A stretch of 64,000 nucleotides of DNA from Escherichia phage ECD7. The notes below the pieces were generated by a model. That model was not told the DNA's origin. It ran no database searches and worked only from the letters and a program-made list of their open reading frames with translations. The stretch lies in the sequence record NC_041936.1; one strand, 5' to 3'. Of this stretch, positions 25,816 through 32,567 are shown one piece after another; positions within the stretch are counted from its first letter, which is position 1, and every line of letters starts with the position of its first letter. Made by a program: the position numbers and the translations under genes.

Positions 25816-26068
25816 AGAATGAAATTTTCACAGACACAATTTTACCATAAGTGAAGAATGAATATACATTATCGAGATATTCAACGTCACCTACAATCAC
25901 ATCAAACTGCGGATCAGCAACTGCCGCAACATATTCTACCAGTTCATCAAGAGAATGCAACTTAATTTCATCAATTCGGCTGTATTTGGTTGCATCTTTA
26001 ATTTTAAAACCACGTTCTTTCAGCTTGTCAATCAGAATTTCACGCGGAGTTTCAAACAGTTTGCTCAT
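25748..26068 (-). CDS. hypothetical protein
   Basis: ORF track 106 aa; SD GAGGATTATATT. Confidence 0.45.
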   Translation of the reverse strand: MSKLFETPREILIDKLKERGFKIKDATKYSRIDEIKLHSLDELVEYVAAVADPQFDVIVGDVEYLDNVYSFFTYGKIVSVKISFCENVEVLASEPENPTDNGPSAA

Positions 26069-26089
26069 AATATAATCCTCACATTAAAT

Positions 26090-26290
26090 CTAAAATTTGT
26101 TAACGACGAATTGCATAATTAGACTAATCACAAACATTGCAAACCAAGTATAAATGCAACAGATAAAAGCTACATACAATTCAATCTGGTCAGAGAATAC
26201 ACCGGGTAAAAGCATTAGCAAAATAACAACAGTAAAGACGCTAGCGATACCCGCAACAAAACCAATATCATTTTTACTAATCGTCATCAA
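26090..26290 (-). CDS. small hydrophobic membrane protein
   Basis: ORF track 66 aa. Confidence 0.4.
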   Translation of the reverse strand: MMTISKNDIGFVAGIASVFTVVILLMLLPGVFSDQIELYVAFICCIYTWFAMFVISLIMQFVVNKF

Positions 26291-26496
26291 GTCACCGTTT
26301 TGTAAAGAAACACAATAAAATCCAAGACAAGAAAGACAGTGTAAATGATCATCGTCAAGACAGTAAACACTGTCAAATTTTCATCGTTAGTTAATTCATA
26401 GTCGCCCATCCATACAATAACAAGATATAGCATTGAAAGAATGGAAGCACCTACGAAGTTAAAAAACATATTCTTGAGCGTCATATTAACAACCAT
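26287..26496 (-). CDS. small hydrophobic membrane protein
   Basis: ORF track 69 aa. Confidence 0.4.
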   Translation of the reverse strand: MVVNMTLKNMFFNFVGASILSMLYLVIVWMGDYELTNDENLTVFTVLTMIIYTVFLVLDFIVFLYKTVT

Positions 26497-26668
26497 CGCG
26501 GCTTAAGTCAACAACAATTGCATACAGCATAATGAATATGCTAGCAGATCCGAGAATCAATGCACCCTCACATTTTGAAACTCGCTCATCAAAATGTAAC
26601 ATTATCCATCCGAGGATGTTAAAGGCGCAGACCGCGCCTATGTTCGCTAACCAATTAATCTTTTTCAT
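26486..26668 (-). CDS. small hydrophobic membrane protein
   Basis: ORF track 60 aa. Confidence 0.4.
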   Translation of the reverse strand: MKKINWLANIGAVCAFNILGWIMLHFDERVSKCEGALILGSASIFIMLYAIVVDLSRDGC

Positions 26669-26676
26669 AATATACC

Positions 26677-27003
26677 TTAGAAAGAAACAGTTTTCAAGAA
26701 ATCCAGATTTTTAGTACCGAAAACAGAAAAGTAGTGTTTTCCTTTTTCGGTTTTAGAGAAAGCGATTGTCTTCTCTACATGGTGACGGAAGCCAGACAGA
26801 CGATCACCCAGGTCAAGGCGGCAAGCGTAAGTAGTGCCGTTTTCGAAAGTAACCTCGATTTGAGTTTTGTCATATTCGCTTTCATAGGCTTTTGCTGCCG
26901 CGTCCTGTGCTTTACGCTCGAAGTCTTCGAAGTGGAATACTTCGTTTGCGTTAGCGAATACAGAAGATTCAGAGAAGATAACTTTAACAGATACTGGTTT
27001 CAT
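26677..27003 (-). CDS. hypothetical protein
   Basis: ORF track 108 aa; promoter cassette at 27046-27074. Confidence 0.45.
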   Translation of the reverse strand: MKPVSVKVIFSESSVFANANEVFHFEDFERKAQDAAAKAYESEYDKTQIEVTFENGTTYACRLDLGDRLSGFRHHVEKTIAFSKTEKGKHYFSVFGTKNLDFLKTVSF

Positions 27004-27045
27004 TTTGATACTCCTTAGTAGTTCGTGTTTCGTTTCGATGGGTGT

Positions 27046-27074
27046 ATTATGCTATACACCCTCTCTCGTGTCAA
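27046..27074 (-). promoter_or_regulatory. early promoter TTGACA-17-CATAAT with stem-loop GGGTGTAT/ATACACCC
   Basis: Upstream of the 27003 start. Confidence 0.5.
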
Positions 27075-27083
27075 CAACTTTTT

Positions 27084-27272
27084 TTAGTCTTTTTTCAAAA
27101 TTTTTAAGGCAGTTTCTACAGCACCTTTCCAACCCTCCCACATAATGGACATAGTAATGAAGTTAAAGCACCCGCAGGAATCAACCTTTTTAGAGATAAA
27201 CCATTCAACAAATCCTTCGCTCATACCATGCTCTTTAGCGGATTCGCGTAATTGTTCAATTTGGTCTTCCAT
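27084..27272 (-). CDS. hypothetical protein
   Basis: ORF track 62 aa. Confidence 0.4.
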   Translation of the reverse strand: MEDQIEQLRESAKEHGMSEGFVEWFISKKVDSCGCFNFITMSIMWEGWKGAVETALKILKKD

Positions 27273-27281
27273 AGTATCACC

Positions 27282-27482
27282 TCAACACTTAACGTTATTC
27301 AAACGATTTTGAAAGTACATATAGCAAGCATAATTTTGCTTTGGTTGTACCGTATCAGATAGACACGCTTTTGCAGCCTCGCGGTCCGATGGATCTACAC
27401 CCTCAGCTTTAAGTAATGCTAAAATCTGGTTATAGCGTACTCTTAGCTGTACTAATGGTTTCTCTCCCACAAAACCCTCCAA
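27282..27482 (-). CDS. hypothetical protein
   Basis: ORF track 66 aa. Confidence 0.4.
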   Translation of the reverse strand: MEGFVGEKPLVQLRVRYNQILALLKAEGVDPSDREAAKACLSDTVQPKQNYACYMYFQNRLNNVKC

Positions 27483-27710
27483 TTAAAGTTGTTCTGCAAT
27501 GTATGCGGTGCATTTGCGGAGTTTAGCCATAGCACCACCTTTCATGTCGCTTGCGCCTACAATGTTCATGATCTCTAAGCGATCAGCCGGATTCAGTCTA
27601 GTAGCCCAGATCTGGTTAGCCAGTTCCATTTTACCCATCTGCGGTTCCATCTCAAACATTTCACGCTCAAAGTCGATAATTTCTTTTGCTGCGTCTTTAA
27701 AGTTAATCAT
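27483..27710 (-). CDS. hypothetical protein
   Basis: ORF track 75 aa; promoter at 27740-27768. Confidence 0.4.
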   Translation of the reverse strand: MINFKDAAKEIIDFEREMFEMEPQMGKMELANQIWATRLNPADRLEIMNIVGASDMKGGAMAKLRKCTAYIAEQL

Positions 27711-27739
27711 TTTGGTCCTCCCGTTTCGTTGATGGTTGT

Positions 27740-27768
27740 ATTGTAGGGGAGTTATCCTCCCCTGTCAA
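27740..27768 (-). promoter_or_regulatory. early promoter TTGACA-17-TACAAT whose spacer is the palindrome GGGGAGGATAACTCCCC
   Basis: Anchored between the 27777 stop and the 27710 start. Confidence 0.5.
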
Positions 27769-27776
27769 CACTTTTA

Positions 27777-27962
27777 TCAGAAATATGCAATATAGTTTGC
27801 CAGTCCTACAGAGTCATCATTCGGCATTGCTTTTACCGCCAGTTCAAACCCTGCTTCAACTTTCTGTTTAGCGGATTCTTCGTTATAACCCCAGATGACC
27901 AGAATAGCTACTACGTTTTCTTTGCTTACTGCTTTCAGTGCTTTAGTGATGCGACGTGCCAT
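27777..27962 (-). CDS. hypothetical protein
   Basis: ORF track 61 aa; promoter at 28009-28037. Confidence 0.4.
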   Translation of the reverse strand: MARRITKALKAVSKENVVAILVIWGYNEESAKQKVEAGFELAVKAMPNDDSVGLANYIAYF

Positions 27963-28008
27963 AATTTGATTCTCCGTTTAAGAAAGTGTGTTTCGTTTCG
28001 ATGGGTGT

Positions 28009-28037
28009 ATTATGCTATAGGCGTGATCTGGTGTCAA
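28009..28037 (-). promoter_or_regulatory. early promoter TTGACA-17-CATAAT (near-identical copy of the 27046 cassette core)
   Basis: Shares about 30 nt with the cassette at 27020-27055. Confidence 0.5.
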
Positions 28038-28054
28038 CAACTTTTTTAAAAATT

Positions 28055-28088
28055 TTAGGCAATAAAAAAGCCACTCCGAAGAGTGGCT
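28055..28088 (-). terminator. rho-independent terminator
   Basis: Hairpin AGCCACTCTTCGGAGTGGCT + TTTTTTATT on the minus strand. Confidence 0.6.
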
Positions 28089-28237
28089 TATAGGGAAGGT
28101 AGCGAATCTTCCTTGTCTCCAACCTGCTAGCGGCCTAGCAAGTGAATGCTTTAGCGTACCGGATCACCCCATACGCTGTAATAAATGCGGCTAGGTGACG
28201 TCCAAATCATTCTAACCGCGCTGTCTTTAGTTCACTA

Positions 28238-28456
28238 TTATTTATATCGCTTTCTCTCGCGACGTTTTTGATCTTCTTCCTTGATAGAGTTAAACGCATC
28301 AAAAAGACACATGACACTGATAATGAACATAACCGTATTTTCTACGATATCCCACGGCTTCGCATCAGTACAGATCCCCCAAACGGTAAGAAATGCAAAT
28401 AGTGCAGAAGAGATCACAAGCATGATACTTGCTAAGATATAAAAAGTCATTTTCAT
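28238..28456 (-). CDS. small hydrophobic membrane protein
   Basis: ORF track 72 aa. Confidence 0.4.
   Translation of the reverse strand: MKMTFYILASIMLVISSALFAFLTVWGICTDAKPWDIVENTVMFIISVMCLFDAFNSIKEEDQKRRERKRYK
28239..28246 (-). promoter_or_regulatory. TATAAATA late-promoter-like box overlapping the last codons of gene 28238..28456
   Basis: Exact match to the T4 late -10 consensus on the minus strand, facing a 150-nt non-coding stretch that ends at a terminator; could be chance. Confidence 0.3.
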
Positions 28457-28647
28457 GGTTTTACCTCAATTCTTCGATATTCATCACACATCCACGCAGT
28501 AAGCAAGAATCCCAGCACATAAGCAACAAAATACGTTAATGCTTCTTCTGGTTTCGTGCTATGTATCATCAGTAAACCAGCGAGAACGGTCTTAACAATT
28601 ACATTTAAAATAATTAGCCACGCAAATAATTTCATCGTTTGCCCCAT
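28453..28647 (-). CDS. small hydrophobic membrane protein
   Basis: ORF track 64 aa. Confidence 0.4.
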   Translation of the reverse strand: MGQTMKLFAWLIILNVIVKTVLAGLLMIHSTKPEEALTYFVAYVLGFLLTAWMCDEYRRIEVKP

Positions 28648-28871
28648 TTCGGTCGAGTCTTTTCAAACTTATACATTACGTAACAATCTCGAATCATCCA
28701 CGTAACAAGAGCACCAGTCAACACAGACAACACACAGAAGAAGTAAAACGGTCCGGTTGCATTATCAACATGAGCAAGCCATGTAAAGAAAACACATGCT
28801 AAGAATGTAAAGAACATCATAAAACACAAGAAAGCAAAATATTTTATGCTACTCATAGCGCCACCATACAA
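28632..28871 (-). CDS. small hydrophobic membrane protein
   Basis: ORF track 79 aa. Confidence 0.4.
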   Translation of the reverse strand: MYGGAMSSIKYFAFLCFMMFFTFLACVFFTWLAHVDNATGPFYFFCVLSVLTGALVTWMIRDCYVMYKFEKTRPKWGKR

Positions 28872-28959
28872 CAGATCATAAGAAAACCCAACGCAATAAG
28901 AATTGCATCAAATTTAGTGAACTCCGGTCCACCTATCAACATCATTCGTTCCTGTTCAT

Positions 28960-29202
28960 TCATAGATCACAGAGCCATCTGAAAGCACCACATAAAGCGA
29001 GCAGAATACTAGGTATAAACGAGACTAAAACAAGTTGGCAAAAATCATCTAAGGTAACACCGGAATAGCTACCTACTGTAACAACACCGATCATCAGACA
29101 CAGAAAGAAAACAAATGCAATCAGAAACAAAGTATTGCTAAACAGTTTAGTGATCATTAGACACCCCACGACGATCAATTTCAAAAACTTTTTTATCATC
29201 AA
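28960..29202 (-). CDS. small hydrophobic membrane protein
   Basis: ORF track 80 aa. Confidence 0.4.
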   Translation of the reverse strand: MMIKKFLKLIVVGCLMITKLFSNTLFLIAFVFFLCLMIGVVTVGSYSGVTLDDFCQLVLVSFIPSILLALCGAFRWLCDL

Positions 29203-29350
29203 CGAAGCATGTCACAACTGCCTCGTTGACTTCCGCAAATTGTTGTGTTACCCACTTAAGGTCAGAGCGAAACAATGTTCTATTAATAACAAATGTTTTA
29301 CCGCTCTTATCCTTACCCATAAATTTTGCTTTAACCATATCCAATTCCAT
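29147..29350 (-). CDS. hypothetical protein
   Basis: ORF track 67 aa. Confidence 0.4.
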   Translation of the reverse strand: MELDMVKAKFMGKDKSGKTFVINRTLFRSDLKWVTQQFAEVNEAVVTCFVDDKKVFEIDRRGVSNDH

Positions 29351-29359
29351 ATTATCACC

Positions 29360-29518
29360 TTATTTGCTAATCGCTAAACCCAATCCGAAGAGAGCACCCG
29401 ATGCTACAGTATACACGAAAGTTTCAAAGGCAGTAAAGATATCTAAGCCACCAGCTAACAGAGTTGCAGTAAACAGAGTACCAGCTACGAACATAAAAGT
29501 TTTACCGATAAATTTCAT
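29360..29518 (-). CDS. small hydrophobic protein (52 aa, not in ORF track)
   Basis: Hand-translated MKFIGKTFMFVAGTLFTATLLAGGLDIF...; preceded by AAGGAGAATCAAG and the promoter at 29550-29578. Confidence 0.35.
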   Translation of the reverse strand: MKFIGKTFMFVAGTLFTATLLAGGLDIFTAFETFVYTVASGALFGLGLAISK

Positions 29519-29549
29519 CTTGATTCTCCTTTCGTTTGTTTGTGGGGGT

Positions 29550-29578
29550 ATCTTACTACCCCCGTTTCATGTTGTCAA
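29550..29578 (-). promoter_or_regulatory. early promoter TTGACA-17-TAAGAT with stem-loop GGGGGTA/TACCCCC
   Basis: Between the 29585 stop and the small ORF start at 29518. Confidence 0.5.
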
Positions 29579-29584
29579 CTGTTT

Positions 29585-29959
29585 TTAAGAAAATTTTACT
29601 TCGTCTACAATGTCTTTCATGACATTGATTTCCATTCCGGTCAGAACACGTTGGAACATGTGCTGAACATACGCTTTCAGGTATTCATTTGACGGCTTGC
29701 TATCAAAAGTCTTTTTAGTGTAGTAGTCATCACCGAAAGCTACTGTAATTACATTTTCGTCGTCATTCCAAGCGATATAAGCAAATTTGCCGTTATCCCA
29801 GAAGCGAGCACTAATTGCTACTTTTGTTGAATCGAATCCTAATTCGCTGTGAGATTCAAGAACTACTTGCGTGCCAGTTTCTTTATGAATGTAGTAGCGG
29901 GATACTAAGTCAAAGTTACGGGTGTAGTGACATTCGAATTTATCTTTAAACATCATCAT
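29585..29959 (-). CDS. hypothetical protein
   Basis: ORF 29585..30028 trimmed to MMMF behind AGGAGAATCAAA; promoter near 29997-30025. Confidence 0.45.
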   Translation of the reverse strand: MMMFKDKFECHYTRNFDLVSRYYIHKETGTQVVLESHSELGFDSTKVAISARFWDNGKFAYIAWNDDENVITVAFGDDYYTKKTFDSKPSNEYLKAYVQHMFQRVLTGMEINVMKDIVDEVKFS

Positions 29960-29996
29960 TTTGATTCTCCTAAGTGTGTTTCGTTTCGATATGTGT

Positions 29997-30025
29997 ATTA
30001 TTCTATAGTCGTTTATGGTTGTCAA
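29997..30025 (-). promoter_or_regulatory. early promoter TTGACA-17-AATAAT
   Basis: Downstream of the terminator after the acb1-like gene; coordinates anchored to the 30069 stop. Confidence 0.45.
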
Positions 30026-30029
30026 CACC

Positions 30030-30062
30030 TAAAAACAAAAAACCCCGAAAAATTTTCGGGGT
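30030..30062 (-). terminator. rho-independent terminator after the acb1-like gene
   Basis: Hairpin ACCCCGAAAATTTTTCGGGGT + TTTTTGTTTTT on the minus strand. Confidence 0.6.
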
Positions 30063-30068
30063 ATAAAA

Positions 30069-30539
30069 TTACAGTTTGGTCGTCCACTCCAGGTCTAGAT
30101 CTTCGACATACTCATGAGATCGGACAATCTCTAAATCGAACTCTAGGTCAGTGCCAAATTTACGCGCACCAACATCATAAGAAAGCGTGATATGCGGTAC
30201 ATATTCAGGATAATCCCACGTCGCACCTAAAGCAGTGCCGATATCGTGTCTGAATTGCATGTAGTCGCTTTCAAATGCCAACACAAGCGCATTAGTACCG
30301 GATTGAGTTTCAAACACTTTCAGATGACACAGAGAGCCTAAAAACTTTTCACCCTCTTCCGGGATAAACGGAACATAGACACGAGAATATAAGATAGTGC
30401 TATGCAGTTTATCACGAGGAACAGCATTAGGCAGATCGTAGAACTCCTGCAATTTTTCAATGCGGTCTAGTGTATCCTCAGTGAATTTAACCGCAGCATA
30501 TGTACCTTTAACGGATTCTCGAAACGGGGTCATAATCAA
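30069..30539 (-). CDS. acb1: 2H-phosphoesterase, Acb1-like (anti-CBASS; T4 gene 57B position)
   Basis: 156 aa; two H-x-T/S-x motifs (HSTILY, HITLSY) of the 2H family; lies upstream of 57A and gene 1 as T4 57B does. Confidence 0.65.
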   Translation of the reverse strand: MIMTPFRESVKGTYAAVKFTEDTLDRIEKLQEFYDLPNAVPRDKLHSTILYSRVYVPFIPEEGEKFLGSLCHLKVFETQSGTNALVLAFESDYMQFRHDIGTALGATWDYPEYVPHITLSYDVGARKFGTDLEFDLEIVRSHEYVEDLDLEWTTKL

Positions 30540-30802
30540 GCCTCCGTGATCAGTTCTACTTCCTCTTTATCGTCTTCCGCTGCTTCGTCTTTAGGGAGAA
30601 GTGCTTTCACTTCTTCGACAATCGCATCAAGGGAAACAGTGCCGTTTTCGTCTGGCTGAATACCCAGAATGCGTACCAGTTCCATCAATACACGCTCACG
30701 ATCTTTCAGTTGGCCTTCTAAGAATGCGGCCTTTTCTTGAGTGTCAAACAGACGTACTTTCAGGACATTAATCATTTGTTCATGCTGATTGGACATATTC
30801 AC
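30536..30802 (-). CDS. 57A: gp57A-like protein (by position)
   Basis: 88 aa acidic coiled-coil ORF between the 57B-like gene and gene 1; assignment by synteny only. Confidence 0.45.
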   Translation of the reverse strand: MNMSNQHEQMINVLKVRLFDTQEKAAFLEGQLKDRERVLMELVRILGIQPDENGTVSLDAIVEEVKALLPKDEAAEDDKEEVELITEA

Positions 30803-30829
30803 ATCTCCTACTTGTTGATAACTTTTTTA

Positions 30830-31486
30830 TTAAATGTTCGCGAGAATCGCGCTTTCAAATTCTTCTAATGTACCATTATTTATGATAATGGTTTCACCGT
30901 CAATAGGCAAAATTCCTTTTTCGGTGGAGTGAGTCGATACAATACCAGTATCACGATGAATATGCAACACCTTAGCACCCATAGAACGCATGAGAGCAAT
31001 TTCAATAGGCTGACGCACATCAACCACTACAAAATACCCTTCTTCATTTTTGCGCTTCATAAACTCATTCACGAAGAGATTACACCAATAAAGCGGATTG
31101 ATCAAGTTAACCATTATATCAGTACCGAGAGTGGTTAACATGAGACGAATAGACCAGACGTTATTATGTTTTTCGCCAATCTCATTAACGACCTTGTAAA
31201 TCTCAGCCAGACGATCACAAGTAAAGGAACTACCGCCATACTTCGAATCTAACATAAGCAGACACTGAATAAACCACTTATGCGCGGTATAGGTATCAAT
31301 ACCTAGATCGGCTTCTCTGTCACGCCCTAACCCGTCAAAGTCAAGATAAGTCAGACCTAAGTCTGGTTGACATTCGCATAAGATTTCTTTGATCGGTGCT
31401 GCCAGTTGATAACTGTGTCCATCAATGATTAACGCGGCAGTGTCTTTTCCTACTCGCTTTTTACCACAAAGTGCAATCAATTTCAT
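30830..31486 (-). CDS. 1: deoxynucleoside monophosphate kinase
   Basis: 218 aa; P-loop CGKKRVGKDT; T4 gene 1 position. Confidence 0.8.
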   Translation of the reverse strand: MKLIALCGKKRVGKDTAALIIDGHSYQLAAPIKEILCECQPDLGLTYLDFDGLGRDREADLGIDTYTAHKWFIQCLLMLDSKYGGSSFTCDRLAEIYKVVNEIGEKHNNVWSIRLMLTTLGTDIMVNLINPLYWCNLFVNEFMKRKNEEGYFVVVDVRQPIEIALMRSMGAKVLHIHRDTGIVSTHSTEKGILPIDGETIIINNGTLEEFESAILANI

Positions 31487-31501
31487 TATATAAGCCTCTT
31501 A

Positions 31502-32092
31502 TTACTTTCTAAAAGCAGGGTGCATAGCTTTAATACCTTCCACCCGCTGACGATCCGCCGCCTGAATTGCTGGGCGAGGAACGATCAGTTGACCATCACG
31601 TTCAATGCTCATTGTTTTAAATGGAAGAATTGCAGTACACACCAGAGATTCATGCATATCATCAGTGTATGTTAACTCAAGTTCCCCCAATTGTGAACAC
31701 CAACAACCATAAAAGTTAAAGGTGCAAACAATGTTACGGCGTTCATTGTCCATCATGTGAACTTGAACGGCTTCCGGCATTGAATCCTTCCACGCTGTGG
31801 AGTTACCGTTATTGTAGTCTACTATAGAAAGCATCCATGTGTAAAGGTTTAGATAGCTTTCCAAATGCTCATCAACGATAAACCGGACTACCAACGGGTC
31901 AAACTCCACATGACTAGACGGATAATCAGCAACCGCCAAACCATATTGACCAGCAACTTGCTTAGTCGGTGGAATGGTTATAGCAGGAAGTGTAACACAT
32001 TGACAGTTTAAAGTAAAGCCTTTTGTTAGTTGACCATCTGGAATATTGATCTGCCAGTTGCTAGGGTTAGCATAGTTAAAGAGATTAGACAT
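31502..32092 (-). CDS. 3: tail completion / sheath stabiliser protein gp3 (by position)
   Basis: 196 aa ORF between gene 1 and gene 2; call is synteny-based. Confidence 0.55.
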   Translation of the reverse strand: MSNLFNYANPSNWQINIPDGQLTKGFTLNCQCVTLPAITIPPTKQVAGQYGLAVADYPSSHVEFDPLVVRFIVDEHLESYLNLYTWMLSIVDYNNGNSTAWKDSMPEAVQVHMMDNERRNIVCTFNFYGCWCSQLGELELTYTDDMHESLVCTAILPFKTMSIERDGQLIVPRPAIQAADRQRVEGIKAMHPAFRK

Positions 32093-32282
32093 TACTGATT
32101 CCTCAAATGAAAATATTTATTAACAATTGTCGCTTTGCGACGTGCCGGAGGCACTGACTACTTTTTAACCGAAACAAATTTTCTATTATTCTAAAGATCT
32201 TTCTTCGTTTTGGTTATGTTTTAACCAATAACTATATTTTTATACAGTAATAAATAAAACGGGTACTATACGAGGACTTCTT

Positions 32283-32537
32283 ATGACAGAAGACATTTTG
32301 TTAAAACTCTATGATCGTCTGGATAACGAATTGGCAACATTGCGGGGTGAAGTTCTCTATTTGTCTAAATGCAATACAGATCTGCTTAAGCAGATTGCAG
32401 AAAGGGATGATCAAATAAAATCCCTTTCAGGTGCATTACGTGATCGCGACAAGGCATTAGAGATTTTACAGCGTGTTACCAATAAGGAAGAATTAAAAGA
32501 CTTCTTACATGGTTATGCTCATGCCATCGATCTATAA
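32283..32537 (+). CDS. hypothetical coiled-coil protein, opposite strand to neighbours
   Basis: ORF track 84 aa; only plus-strand ORF in the early block, adjacent to the HE-like gene. Confidence 0.35.
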   Translation: MTEDILLKLYDRLDNELATLRGEVLYLSKCNTDLLKQIAERDDQIKSLSGALRDRDKALEILQRVTNKEELKDFLHGYAHAIDL

Positions 32538-32567
32538 TAAAAAAGCCCGTCAATGACGGGCTTAATT

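Noticed and set aside
28089-28237. Possible tRNA genes in the non-coding gaps (also 17126-17359 and 32093-32282)
   Set aside because: By eye I found no T-loop GTTCRANYC, matching acceptor stems or anticodon arm on either strand. A tRNAscan-SE run would settle it.
32180-32282. Late promoter for the plus-strand ORF 32283-32537
   Set aside because: The closest match (AATAAATA) is only 7 of 8 to TATAAATA and no sigma70 hexamers are evident; expression signals for this ORF remain unassigned.
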